Assembly (NCBI GenBank): GCA_963717145.1
Contig: OY970325.1
Coordinates: 1,216,001-1,280,000, forward strand
Direction: 5' to 3'
DNA: 64,000 bases
Origin: an uncultured Armatimonadetes bacterium
Lineage (GTDB): Bacteria; Armatimonadota; UBA5829; DTJY01
The notes beneath the pieces are model-generated. The model was given only the letters and a program-made list of their open reading frames with translations. It did no database searches and was not told the origin of the DNA. The position numbers were made by a program, and so were the translations under genes. Shown here piece after piece: positions 50,911 to 60,918 of this stretch (positions are counted from its first letter, which is position 1; each line of letters begins with the position of its first letter).

Positions 50911-51023
50911 GGCCATCCTCCTACGCCCTTTCCGGATCCGCTGCTGCGGCATTTCTACCGATCAGTTCGCCTACACACTACTTAGTTCCTTCTGATGGCA
51001 ACTACCTCGACTGGGTCCGCTGA

Positions 51024-51782
51024 CTAACCGTTGGCGGACCGGACCTCGAACACATGGGAGAATACCTGATAGCCCACCGAGAGCGCGGTCTTCTGCGACG
51101 CGACATTGTCCTCTGACGTGCCGTATACCGCCACTCGTCCCTGATCGAGCAGCCGCCCGGTGGTTGCAGAAACGACCGCCTTGCCGTATCCTCGCGCACG
51201 GTGATCTCGGTGGGTTCCGACCATCACATTGCCGATCCGGGCGGACATATCGCCAACGGGATGCGTACCAGCAAAGGCTACCGGTCGGTCATCAACATAG
51301 TATGCGAAGGCGGCATCGTCTCCGAGCAAATAGTCGACGTCGGTCGGGATACCCTCGTCCAGAAGCCAGGTCATGGCCTCTCCGGCATTCACACGAGTGA
51401 TCTTGCGCACGTTGTCATCCGCAATCGGCAGGTAGGCAGACCGGTCGCAGTAGAGCTTCACGCCTGAGTACGTGTAGCACTCGATATCCTCGTCCAGACA
51501 CCGATAGCATATCTCGGCAAGCTTCTCTCTGGTCTCGCTCGTCATGAGTTGGCTCGGTGTCATCGTGTCGGCGAACCGCTGCATCTCTGAAACGAGTTCA
51601 TGCTGCGTCGAGATAAGGCATCTGCCATCGACGCAGCAGAGGTAGAGAACGCTGCCTCCAACGCCGGGATACCGCGCGTCAGATCCACACACGATCGTGT
51701 CTCCCGGCGCGATGTCAACGAGAGGGAAGCCGGCCGGCCTGGAGTAGAAATCTGCCACGCGCTTGAACGCTTCCTCTTCCAT
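51024..51782 (-). CDS. GNAT family N-acetyltransferase
   Basis: VGTHRDHRARGYGK and N.AS...A..VGY motifs. Confidence 0.8.
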   Translation of the reverse strand: MEEEAFKRVADFYSRPAGFPLVDIAPGDTIVCGSDARYPGVGGSVLYLCCVDGRCLISTQHELVSEMQRFADTMTPSQLMTSETREKLAEICYRCLDEDIECYTYSGVKLYCDRSAYLPIADDNVRKITRVNAGEAMTWLLDEGIPTDVDYLLGDDAAFAYYVDDRPVAFAGTHPVGDMSARIGNVMVGTHRDHRARGYGKAVVSATTGRLLDQGRVAVYGTSEDNVASQKTALSVGYQVFSHVFEVRSANG

Positions 51783-52523
51783 CTAGTAGCCGACCTTGTT
51801 GTATTCCGCCATCGACTGCTCGTTGAACTCAGGGCCGCCCTCGCGGTTGTGGCTCATATACACGTGCGGCGTGAGGCCCTTCGCGAGCATCGCTTCGATC
51901 GCCTCGCCGCAGATCGCCCACAGACATGCGATGAATCCGATCCCCGAGACGGGGAGCGCCTTGACCGCGAGCCCTTCGACCTCCTGAGAGGCATCACCGT
52001 ACGGAGCGCAGATGTCGATCACCAGGTCGCCGACATCCAGGAGCTTCTTGCCCGAGGGATGCGCGGAGGTGACCTCAGCGGTATACCTCAGGGCAGTCAG
52101 CACGATCACCTTGACGCCGATCTCCCGACATTGGATGGCAAGCTCGATCGGCGCGCGGTTCCGTCCGGAAACCGAGCCCACGAGCACCACGTCGCCTGCC
52201 CTGAGTTGGCTCGTTCGGACGCCACATCGGATGTGCTCCAGGTCGGGTTCGATCGGCTCAGGACGCGGTCGGTTCTGCATGCACTCGGCGATCGGGTTGT
52301 CGATGCTCATGTGGGAATGGAACCGCCGGAGCGACATCAATCCACCCGCGCGATTGGTCATCTCGGAGGCGGTGCCGTGGCCCATCTCGCTGATGAAGAC
52401 CGATCCGCCGGACTCCCAGCAGTTGGCGATCATCCGGCCGGCCGTCCCGATGTTGGCGATCTGCTCCTCACTGATCGTGTCGAGCAGGTCGTGTATGGTG
52501 TTCAGGTAACGCTTGGCTAACAT
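51783..52523 (-). CDS. SIS-domain sugar isomerase-like protein
   Basis: GDVVLVGSVSGRN, HPSGKKL, GDA and YMSHN motifs. Confidence 0.8.
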   Translation of the reverse strand: MLAKRYLNTIHDLLDTISEEQIANIGTAGRMIANCWESGGSVFISEMGHGTASEMTNRAGGLMSLRRFHSHMSIDNPIAECMQNRPRPEPIEPDLEHIRCGVRTSQLRAGDVVLVGSVSGRNRAPIELAIQCREIGVKVIVLTALRYTAEVTSAHPSGKKLLDVGDLVIDICAPYGDASQEVEGLAVKALPVSGIGFIACLWAICGEAIEAMLAKGLTPHVYMSHNREGGPEFNEQSMAEYNKVGY

Positions 52524-52538
52524 GTTATCCTCCAATCA

Positions 52539-52597
52539 TGTAGGAGGGGTTTTCCGGGATGGTTCGTACCCGGTAACCCCGAAAAACCCCTCCTACA
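52539..52597. repeat. GTAG-type palindrome
   Basis: TGTAGGAGGGGTTTT...AAAACCCCTCCTACA. Confidence 0.7.
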
Positions 52598-53555
52598 CTG
52601 TTTCCAATCTCTCAAGGAATGGCTTCTGCGTCTCCTCGATGCGGGCCAGAAGCTCCTGAGTCCAGGGTATGCCCATCTCTTTCAAGGCGAGGAGCGCTGC
52701 GCCGATGCACGGGCGAACCCTGGGCTGGATCGGTCGCACGTTCGGAGCAATCTCCAAGGCACGCTCACACACCCGGTCCCAGAATATCCCGCTGCTCTGT
52801 GCGATCCCTCCCGATGCGACGAGCGCACAGTCGGACTCCTCGAGATGCAACCCGTTAACGACATCGCCTAGAGTCTCGGAGATATCATCAGCGGCTTCCA
52901 CAACGATCTTCCAGGCAATTCGGTCGCCGGCCTCGGCGGCCCGAATGACCGCTCTTGCCGCAGACGCGATACGCGAGCGTCCGATCTGCTCGTAGTACAC
53001 CAGATTGAACACCTCATTGGTATTGGTGACGCCAAGTTCTTGGGGAACAAGCTGCTCCAGCGTCGTCTTGCGCTCGGGTCCCCATGACGAGGCCATCGCC
53101 GCGCGCATGCCCATCAGCCCGATCTGATGGCCGCTCCCACGGTCTCCCAATACCGGTCCAAGGCCGTCCAGTGAGAAGTGCTTGCCATCTTCGGTCAGGG
53201 CGGCGACAAATGAGCCTGTTCCGGAGAGGACCAGGATGCCGCTGGTCTCCAGTGCGGTGGCAAATCCGCGGGTCAGCTCGCCTGCATGCACATGATGGAT
53301 GCTTGTTTCCTTGAGATCAAGCCGATCGAGCACCGGATCGTGCAGACCAGCCACCCAGAGATCGCAGGGCCGACGACCACCAAGCGCCTCCCTGATGGCC
53401 AGCGAGAAGTTCTCCAGGGCAGCGTCTCGTCCGGCCCAGAGAGTCTGACCAGTTCCGCCGCGTCCCCAGCCGAGGACGTTTCCGCGCTCATCAATCAATA
53501 CGGCATCGCTCTTCGTGCCGCCGCCGTCAATACCAAGTGCAAGTCTGTCGGTCAT
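52593..53555 (-). CDS. BadF/BadG/BcrA/BcrD ATPase, N-acetylglucosamine-kinase-like
   Basis: GIDGGGTK, SGTGS and GPVLGDRGSG motifs. Confidence 0.8.
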   Translation of the reverse strand: MTDRLALGIDGGGTKSDAVLIDERGNVLGWGRGGTGQTLWAGRDAALENFSLAIREALGGRRPCDLWVAGLHDPVLDRLDLKETSIHHVHAGELTRGFATALETSGILVLSGTGSFVAALTEDGKHFSLDGLGPVLGDRGSGHQIGLMGMRAAMASSWGPERKTTLEQLVPQELGVTNTNEVFNLVYYEQIGRSRIASAARAVIRAAEAGDRIAWKIVVEAADDISETLGDVVNGLHLEESDCALVASGGIAQSSGIFWDRVCERALEIAPNVRPIQPRVRPCIGAALLALKEMGIPWTQELLARIEETQKPFLERLETV

Positions 53556-53627
53556 GGCTGATGGTTGATGGTTAATGGTTGATGGGGAATGGCTCCCATG
53601 AACCATCAACCATCAGCCATCAACCAT
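53554..53627. repeat. heptamer-based inverted repeat (TGATGGT / ACCATCA)
   Basis: Four to five tandem heptamers on each arm. Confidence 0.8.
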
Positions 53628-53633
53628 TCTCTC

Positions 53634-54740
53634 CTATTCGTCGAGCGTTCCGTGCCTCAGGCCCAGTGGGAGCGGTGCAGGCCGAGAACAGGTGCTCTGA
53701 AGCTCGATATGCCTGCCTTCCCTCGACGCGTCGTGGAACGCGTGCATGATGTCGAGCACGTGATAGGCCACGTCGCCGTTCGCACGGTGTGGCCTGCCCG
53801 ACCTGAGAGCATACGCCATGTCCCCGGCGGCGAGGCCCCTGCTGTTCTCCACGTAACCGTGAGTCAGCGGCATGTCCGTCCATTCACTTGCGCCCGCACG
53901 ACGAACCTTCACCGGCCCGCCGAAGGTGTTTGGGTCCGGGACGCTGAGCGAGCCCTCGGTGCCATAGATCTCGATCCGAGGACGCTCGTGCGCCCACACA
54001 TCGTTGCTGGTGATGATTGTTCCCACCGCTCCGTTCTCGAAATCGAGTATGCCGGCTACGTGAGTCGGGACCTCCACCTTGATCACCTGCCCGTACTTCG
54101 GCTTGCTGGTGATGACCCGCTCGGGGAATGTGATCCGGGCCGAGCCGGTCACTCGCTTCACCGGCCCGATCAGGTTCACCAGCGCGGTGAGGTAGTACGG
54201 GCCCATATCGAACATCGGCCCGGCGCCTTCTTTGTACAGAAACTCGGGGTCCGGGTGCCAGGTTTCGGCGCCATGACCCATCATGAACGCGACCGCCCCG
54301 ATGGGTTCGCCGATCCAGCCGTCGTCGATCAGCTTTCGGCAGGTCTGCAGCCCCCCGCCGAGGAACGTGTCCGGCGCGGATCCGGCCCGCAGGCCCTTCG
54401 CCTTCGCGGTCTCGATGATCTGTCTGCCGGCCTCTCGCTTAGTTGCGAGCGGTTTCTCTCCGTGGACGTTCTTGCCGGCGTTCAGAGCGTTCATCGCGAT
54501 CTCGGCGTGCACCTTCGGCGGCGTGATGTTGATGACGATCTCGATCTCGGGATCGGCATAGATCTCGTCATTCGTCATCTGCTTGCAGCCGAACTCGGCC
54601 GCTCTGGACGCAGACCGCTCGGGGATGATGTCCGAGCAGCCCTTGATCTCCAGGATCTCGAACATCCCGCCCGACTTCAGATATACCGGGCTGATGTTTC
54701 CGCAGCCGATGACACCGACTTTCGTTCGCTTACTCGCCAT
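53634..54740 (-). CDS. Gfo/Idh/MocA family oxidoreductase (paralog 1)
   Basis: GCGNIS, EKPLA, APDTFLG and DMGPYY motifs. Confidence 0.9.
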   Translation of the reverse strand: MASKRTKVGVIGCGNISPVYLKSGGMFEILEIKGCSDIIPERSASRAAEFGCKQMTNDEIYADPEIEIVINITPPKVHAEIAMNALNAGKNVHGEKPLATKREAGRQIIETAKAKGLRAGSAPDTFLGGGLQTCRKLIDDGWIGEPIGAVAFMMGHGAETWHPDPEFLYKEGAGPMFDMGPYYLTALVNLIGPVKRVTGSARITFPERVITSKPKYGQVIKVEVPTHVAGILDFENGAVGTIITSNDVWAHERPRIEIYGTEGSLSVPDPNTFGGPVKVRRAGASEWTDMPLTHGYVENSRGLAAGDMAYALRSGRPHRANGDVAYHVLDIMHAFHDASREGRHIELQSTCSRPAPLPLGLRHGTLDE

Positions 54741-54750
54741 GAGTGACCCC

Positions 54751-55851
54751 CTATTCGTCCAGCGTGCCGTGCCTCAGGCCCAGGGGAAGAGGCGCGGGCT
54801 GGGCAACCGTGCTCTCGATCATGATGTGCTTCCCCTCGCGTGAGGCATCGTGGAATGCGTGCATGAGATCGAGCACGTGATATGCCAGGTCGCCGTTCGC
54901 ACGATTGGGCCGTCCGGAGCGGAGCGCATATGCCATGTCCGCGACGCCGATGCCCCTGCTGTTCTCGGCGTATCCATGAGTCAGGGGGACCTCGGTCCAC
55001 TCACCCGCGCCGGCGCGCTTCACCCGCACCGGCCCGCCGAAGCAGTTCGGATCGGGAACGCTCAGGCTGCCCTCCGTGCCGTAGATCTCGATGCTCGGCA
55101 GTTGGGCCGCCCAGACGTCGAACGTGGTGATGATGCTGCCGACTGCGCCACTGGCGAAGTCCATCACGCCGACGACGTGCGTCGGCACCTCTACCTTGAT
55201 GACCTCGCCGCGCTTCGGCTCGCTGCCGATGACTCGCTCGGGAAAGGTGATCCGGGCCGAGCCGGTGACTCGCTTGATCGGGCCCATGAGATTGACAAGC
55301 GCAGTCAGGTAGTAAGGGCCCATGTCGAACATCGGGCCGCCGCCGCACTGGTAGTAGAACCCGGGATCGGGATGCCAGCCCTCATGGCCATGGCACATCA
55401 TGAAGGCGGTCGCCCCGATCGGTTCGCCGATCCAGCCGTCGTCGATGAGCTTGCGGCAGGTCTGGATTCCGCCGCCCATGAAGGTATCAGGCGCGGCCCC
55501 GACTCGCAGGCCCTTGGCTTTCGCGGTCTCGACGATCTGTCTGCCGTCCTCTCGCGTACAAGCGAGCGGTTTCTCGCCATGGACGCTCTTGCCGGCGTTG
55601 ATCGCGCCCATTGCGATTTCGGCATGCACCAGCGGAGGGGTGAGGTTGAGGACGATCTCGATCTCGGGATCGGCGAAGATCTCGTCATTCGTCATCTGTT
55701 TGCAGCCGAACTCCGCGGCCTTGGCCTCAGAGCGCTCGGGGATGATATCCGAGCAGCCCTTGATCTCGAGGATGTCGAACGTCCTGCCCGCCTGGAGATA
55801 GATCGGGCTGATGTTCCCGCATCCGATGATGCCGATTTTGGTTGCTGTCAT
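54751..55851 (-). CDS. Gfo/Idh/MocA family oxidoreductase (paralog 2)
   Basis: Same motifs; highly similar to paralog 1. Confidence 0.9.
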   Translation of the reverse strand: MTATKIGIIGCGNISPIYLQAGRTFDILEIKGCSDIIPERSEAKAAEFGCKQMTNDEIFADPEIEIVLNLTPPLVHAEIAMGAINAGKSVHGEKPLACTREDGRQIVETAKAKGLRVGAAPDTFMGGGIQTCRKLIDDGWIGEPIGATAFMMCHGHEGWHPDPGFYYQCGGGPMFDMGPYYLTALVNLMGPIKRVTGSARITFPERVIGSEPKRGEVIKVEVPTHVVGVMDFASGAVGSIITTFDVWAAQLPSIEIYGTEGSLSVPDPNCFGGPVRVKRAGAGEWTEVPLTHGYAENSRGIGVADMAYALRSGRPNRANGDLAYHVLDLMHAFHDASREGKHIMIESTVAQPAPLPLGLRHGTLDE

Positions 55852-55871
55852 GTCTCGCTCCTTATTCCCGT

Positions 55872-55980
55872 AGAACACAGATATCACAGATCGCGGAGGA
55901 TGGAAACAGATGGAACCAGGAATGGGTCATTCGTTCTCCATCCGCATAATCCTCTGCAATCCTCTGGCATCTGTGTTCTG
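55872..55980. repeat. CACAGAT/ATCTGTG-type degenerate palindrome
   Basis: AGAACACAGAT ... ATCTGTGTTCT. Confidence 0.55.
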
Positions 55981-55984
55981 AATT

Positions 55985-56629
55985 CTATTTCGCCGCCCAC
56001 ATTGCCCCGCGCTTGATGATCTCCATGACCTCGGGGACCTGGAAGTCGGCCAGCACATGACCGAGCGACATGTAGAATACCTTGCCCGCGCCATACTTCC
56101 GCTTCCAGACCGCCGGCATGACCGTGCCCGCGACCCAGGGATATGTATCGCCGCTGACGGTCGTCGTCGCCAGGACCTCGTTGCCCGGATCGACGTGCAT
56201 GTAGTACTGCTCACTGTGCATCTTGAAGCTGCTCAGCCCCGACACGATCGGGTCCGATGGCTTGGTGATGTCGACCGTGTAGTCGATGATGCCGCCCGGG
56301 TGCTCGACCCACTGGCCGCCGACCATGAACTGGTAGCCGGTGTTGTTGCGAAACGAGTCCGCCATGCCGCCGTGCCAGCCCGCGACGCCGATTCCGCCCT
56401 TGATCGCCTTGAGGAGTCCGCCCTCCTGCTCGCCGGTGATCGTGCCCCTCGTCCAGCATGGGACGACCAGGTCGATCGACGCCATCAGACCTTCGTCGGT
56501 GTAGGAATCCATCGTGTCCGAGATGATCGTCTCGAAGCCGTTCGCCTGCAGCACGGGAGCGACCGCGTCGACGCACTGCTTCGGCTCATGGCCATCCCAT
56601 CCGCCCCAGACCATCAATGCCCGCTTCAT
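55985..56629 (-). CDS. ThuA-like (trehalose utilisation) protein
   Basis: [27 protein letters not shown] and SLGH motifs. Confidence 0.85.
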   Translation of the reverse strand: MKRALMVWGGWDGHEPKQCVDAVAPVLQANGFETIISDTMDSYTDEGLMASIDLVVPCWTRGTITGEQEGGLLKAIKGGIGVAGWHGGMADSFRNNTGYQFMVGGQWVEHPGGIIDYTVDITKPSDPIVSGLSSFKMHSEQYYMHVDPGNEVLATTTVSGDTYPWVAGTVMPAVWKRKYGAGKVFYMSLGHVLADFQVPEVMEIIKRGAMWAAK

Positions 56630-56676
56630 ATGTTGGCCTCCGTCCGTGTTGTGTCTTGCCGGTCGTATAAACCCCA

Positions 56677-56747
56677 CGGTCGTAGGGGCGTGCCTTGTGC
56701 CGCCCGGCACTACCTCTCGGGCGGCACAAGGCACGCCCCTACGACCG
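56677..56747. repeat. GTAG-type REP palindrome
   Basis: CGGTCGTAGGGGCGTGCCTTGTGCCGCCCG and its perfect inverse. Confidence 0.85.
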
Positions 56748-56885
56748 AGTATTCACGCTGTGGCAAGGGAAATCCTGGCCCCGCATGGAATCTGAGTGTG
56801 ATGCGAGGCACACTGCGCACAGGTTAGCACAGATTCTGCGCATGGTGCAAGGATCGATTGCCGACTTTCCCCCGGAGGTGTCGAT

Positions 56886-59612
56886 ATGCGAAAACTGCTG
56901 TTCCTGATCCTGCTCCTTCTACCGGTTCTGTGCCGGGCAGAGATGGACCGCGAGTTCGGCGCACAGAACGCCAGCTTCGCACGAGTCTCGGCTGACGGGA
57001 GCCCGGAGAACTGGCAGTTCTTCTCCGAAGGAACAGGTACCGGCCGATGCGAACTTGTCACGGAAGGGTCCACGCGCTTCGTCCGGGTGACTCGCGACAC
57101 TGGCGGAGACTACACCGGAGTACGTCAGCGCCTGGAGGGCTTCCACGTCAGCCCTTCCCTGGAATACACGATCGTTGGGGAATACAGCAGTCCCGTTGAA
57201 GGGCTCGCGCATCCGTGCGTCTATTACTTGAACGAAAACGGGCAGTTCCTGGGCGCATTCGAGTTCACGCTGCCCGCAACGAGCGAGATGACGAAGTTTG
57301 TCCGGCGGTTCAAGCCGCATCCCGGGACAAAGATCTTCGAGATCCAACTCCGCGCGCAGGGAAAGCCGGGAGAGGTCCGATACTATCGCTGCAACATCGT
57401 GCCACCTCTCATTGGTGCCGACGCCCCTGACCTAGTGCAGAGCGGAGCCGGCCTCGTCGTGGCACAGCCGGGCACCAGGTGTGCCATGCTGAATCCGGGC
57501 ACAACCCTGAAGGTTACCCTTCTTGGAGAGACCGGTGCCGAGGTGTACACCGACTATGGGCGGGCAGGCACTATGCTGGAGATCCGTCCACACGTACTGG
57601 CCACTGCCGATGGAGGAGCTGTGGATGTGCTCGCCAGCGGCCATGGGCTTCCTATCACATGGAAGGTCCTCTGCGAGCCAGGACGGGAGAAACACACTCT
57701 CGAAGTCACCGCGCCTAGCGATGGCCCAAACTTGCCGCTGCTGGTCTGCATCCGCCCGGTCAAAGGTGACCGCCTGAAGCCGCTCGCGGTCGAGTTCGGC
57801 GGATGGGAGAACGGCAACTTCGAGCCCAAGGGACAGTGGATCGGCGACTCCGAGAGGCTGATCGCAGAGGATGTTGACCTCACGATGGCCGAGATGATGC
57901 AGACGCTCACCGATGGAGGCAAGCGGCCGTTCATCGTGGAGAACGCCCTCACCAAGCCGATGAAGGGTGACATCGTCCGCAGATACGTTCTCGGCAAGGA
58001 GAAGCCGTCTTTCGAAGCGCGACTCCGGGCAGCCCAGGGTGAGTCGGAGGCATTCCAGGTGATGCTGCTCCCGAGTGCGGACGGCAAGCCGGCAAACATA
58101 TCCGGTGTGCGGTGTTCCGTATTGAGAAGCAAGGAAGGGACCATCCCTTCTTCCGCACTCCACATCTACCGGGTCGGGTATGTGGACTCCCCATGGGGCG
58201 AGCGCATCCCGGATCCACTCTTCACTGATCTCAACATGGGTGACCCGAGAGACCCTGTCGTCCTGATGGCGGACGTCCGTGTGCCGAGGGACGCTCCCGC
58301 CGGTGAGTACACGGGCTCGCTGCGGATGGCTATCAACGACAAGGCGACCGAAGTCCCGATCCGGCTCACCGTGTCGGACTTCGAGATCCCCGAGGAGAAC
58401 CACCTACGGACGTGCTTCTGGTTCTTCCGCGCGCAGATCAAGCGCCACTACGGCCTCGATCACGATCCCACGTGGGAGGAGTACCGCCCGTACCTCGACA
58501 TGGCGCTCCGATACCGTCTGACGCCGGTCGACTGCAATGAGGGCAACGTCGAGCCACTCTTCCAGGTCTACCGGGAGGCGGACGGCTCGTTCTCGATCGA
58601 CTGGACGGAGTTCGACCGGTTCGCAGAGTACATCCTCGCGCGCGGGGCGAACGTCCTCCACCTCGCGCCGACGCAGTGGTTCGGCTCGTGGTTCAGCGAA
58701 AAGCTGAAGGGCTTCTACAACACCGAGACGTTCACCGACCGCGCGACCGGCAACACTGAGCAGTTCACGCACCCATACCTCTCCGACGAGCACAAGAAGA
58801 TGCTCCAATGGTATCTTCGCGAGGCCTGCGACCATTTCGAGAAGAAGGGCTGGCTGAAGTACGCCTATCTCCAGCCGTTCGATGAAGTCGGCGAGAACCC
58901 CGAGGTCCTGAGCATCCTGAAGACGTGTCGCGAGGCCGATCCGCGCGTCAAGATCCTGATGGACGTCCTCCGGCCCGGCGACTCGATGGCCATGACGCCG
59001 CTGATCGACATCTGGTGTCCCCTGTCGCCGAATCTCCCCGGCGGCGGCTTCGAGCAGGTGCGCAAGGAGGGCGACGAGGTCTGGTGGTACGTCTGCATCG
59101 GGCCAAAGAAGCCATTCGCAAACCTCTTCACCAACTGGAGCGTGACCGAGCACCGGCAGCTATTCTGGCAGTCGTGGAAGTATCAGGCCGAGGGGCTGCT
59201 CTACTGGGGCATCAACTTCTGGAACTGGTGGGGGACGGAGAAGCCATACGACAAGAAGACATCATGGCCCGCAGGGAACTGGACCTCATCGACCACGAGC
59301 GGCGACACCGTGGGCGACGGGTACTTCATCTATCCCGGGCCGAAGGGTCCCCTGCCCTCGCTCCGTCTGCAGGCGATCCTCGACGGCATGGAGGACTACG
59401 AGTACCTGTGGCTGCTCGACGACCTCGTGAAGAAGGCCGAGGCGAAGGGCGTCCCCGCGATGGAGCTTGCGACCGCACGTCACCTGCTCACCGTCGACGG
59501 CAAGTTCTGCCGATCCCTCACCGAGTATTCCCGCGAGCCGGAGGACCTGAGGCTCATCCGCATGCAAGTCGCCCGCGAGATCGAGCGACTGAGTCGGAGG
59601 CCAGCGGATTAG
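56886..59612 (+). CDS. secreted DUF4091/GH123-like putative glycoside hydrolase with an N-terminal CBM-like domain
   Basis: GESEAFQV, PFDE, WWYVC, GLLYW, GDGYFIYPG and SLR....DGMEDYEY motifs. Confidence 0.75.
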   Translation: MRKLLFLILLLLPVLCRAEMDREFGAQNASFARVSADGSPENWQFFSEGTGTGRCELVTEGSTRFVRVTRDTGGDYTGVRQRLEGFHVSPSLEYTIVGEYSSPVEGLAHPCVYYLNENGQFLGAFEFTLPATSEMTKFVRRFKPHPGTKIFEIQLRAQGKPGEVRYYRCNIVPPLIGADAPDLVQSGAGLVVAQPGTRCAMLNPGTTLKVTLLGETGAEVYTDYGRAGTMLEIRPHVLATADGGAVDVLASGHGLPITWKVLCEPGREKHTLEVTAPSDGPNLPLLVCIRPVKGDRLKPLAVEFGGWENGNFEPKGQWIGDSERLIAEDVDLTMAEMMQTLTDGGKRPFIVENALTKPMKGDIVRRYVLGKEKPSFEARLRAAQGESEAFQVMLLPSADGKPANISGVRCSVLRSKEGTIPSSALHIYRVGYVDSPWGERIPDPLFTDLNMGDPRDPVVLMADVRVPRDAPAGEYTGSLRMAINDKATEVPIRLTVSDFEIPEENHLRTCFWFFRAQIKRHYGLDHDPTWEEYRPYLDMALRYRLTPVDCNEGNVEPLFQVYREADGSFSIDWTEFDRFAEYILARGANVLHLAPTQWFGSWFSEKLKGFYNTETFTDRATGNTEQFTHPYLSDEHKKMLQWYLREACDHFEKKGWLKYAYLQPFDEVGENPEVLSILKTCREADPRVKILMDVLRPGDSMAMTPLIDIWCPLSPNLPGGGFEQVRKEGDEVWWYVCIGPKKPFANLFTNWSVTEHRQLFWQSWKYQAEGLLYWGINFWNWWGTEKPYDKKTSWPAGNWTSSTTSGDTVGDGYFIYPGPKGPLPSLRLQAILDGMEDYEYLWLLDDLVKKAEAKGVPAMELATARHLLTVDGKFCRSLTEYSREPEDLRLIRMQVAREIERLSRRPAD

Positions 59613-59613
59613 A

Positions 59614-59740
59614 TCCCAGTCGGCGGAGGCCGACTTCGTGCTCTTCGTAGGTGCGAATTCATTCGCGGTGTCATGGCGTCGCACCACGCGATTGAAATCG
59701 CGCCTACGAAGGGCACGAAGTCGACCTCCGTCGACTGGGA
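59614..59740. repeat. composite REP-like palindrome (CAGTCGGCGGAGGCCGACTTCGTG..GTAG)
   Basis: Long imperfect inverted repeat between convergent genes. Confidence 0.8.
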
Positions 59741-59750
59741 ATGGATGCGG

Positions 59751-60653
59751 TTACTGCCCCTGCTTGAGCAGCGAGTTGATGTCGATGATCACACCGCCGC
59801 CGCCCTGACCCGAGACCGTCGGGACCTCGCCGTTCCACTTCTCGATCCACTCCCGCGCGAGAACCTTCGATCCGCCCTGTGCCTGAAGCGCCTGGGCATT
59901 GAGCCTCGCCGCCTCGGATGCGCCCCTCGCCTTGGTGACCGCGGTCTGGCGCTCGAGTTCGGCCTTCTGGAGGACGTACTTCTGCTTCTCCGCCTCCTGC
60001 TGGGCTACCTGCTTCGATTCGATCGCGGTGTTGAAGTCGGGCGAGAACTCGAAGTTGGTGATCGAGAGGCCTGCCGGCTCGACGATCAAGTCATAGCTCC
60101 TCAGGCGCTTCGTGATATCCATCTCGACCTCGGCCTTCACCGTCGCACGGTTCTTGATCAGTTCCTCCGCCGTGTACTTGGCCGTGACAGTCTTGATGGA
60201 TTCCTGCACTGCGGGGTCGATGATCCTCGTCTTGTACTCGACCCCCACGTCCTGATAGAGGTGCCCCACTCTGGATGGGTCTACGTGGAAGTTCAGGGCG
60301 ACCGATGTCGTCACCACCTGCAGGTCCTTCGATGCCGCCTGAGCGTTGTCCGTCGATTCCTTCTGCGTCCTGACCTCCATCAGCTCGACGGAGTTCACAT
60401 AGGGCATGATGACGTGGATCCCCTCGCCCAAGACGCCCCGCACCGCTCTGAAGCGGAGGAGCACGCCCCTGTCACCGGCGGGCACGATGACGATGGTCGA
60501 GGCAATCAGTCCGCCGACGATCATCACGAACGCGAGAATGCGCGCGGCCCACGCCCAGGGCTTCAGGTTGAGCTTGTCGCTGGTTTCAACGTGAAACCGG
60601 CGCAGCATGAACGAGAGGACTATCAGGATGATCCCAAACCATACAGCCGTCAT
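59751..60653 (-). CDS. prohibitin/SPFH family protein
   Basis: VPAGDRGV, ASKDLQ and FSPDFNTAIESKQVAQQ motifs. Confidence 0.88.
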   Translation of the reverse strand: MTAVWFGIILIVLSFMLRRFHVETSDKLNLKPWAWAARILAFVMIVGGLIASTIVIVPAGDRGVLLRFRAVRGVLGEGIHVIMPYVNSVELMEVRTQKESTDNAQAASKDLQVVTTSVALNFHVDPSRVGHLYQDVGVEYKTRIIDPAVQESIKTVTAKYTAEELIKNRATVKAEVEMDITKRLRSYDLIVEPAGLSITNFEFSPDFNTAIESKQVAQQEAEKQKYVLQKAELERQTAVTKARGASEAARLNAQALQAQGGSKVLAREWIEKWNGEVPTVSGQGGGGVIIDINSLLKQGQ

Positions 60654-60774
60654 GTTCTGCCTCCTGTCGAGAAACTCTGCCTACTACTGGTAAGACACGC
60701 ATCGTACGAGTAAGTTGCGCTCATGGTGCCTCCACAAAGGTATTCACCGCCCGCTCGGCTTTTCACCTTCAACT

Positions 60775-60803
60775 TTGCCAAATCCGTCGGACTTCACTAT
60801 AAT
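60775..60803 (+). promoter_or_regulatory. sigma70 promoter of pfp
   Basis: TTGCCA-17-TATAAT. Confidence 0.7.
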
Positions 60804-60871
60804 ATGTAGTGGCCGTGCCTCCGTGCCGGCCAACCACGGTGCAGGCCGGCACGGAGGCACGGCCACTACAT
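60804..60871. repeat. REP family A doublet
   Basis: ATGTAGTGGCCGTGCCTCCGTGCCGGCC and its perfect inverse. Confidence 0.9.
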
Positions 60872-60918
60872 CGAGGCGTTATCCACAATCGAAGACGGGG
60901 GAGATGGAAAGCAATACT

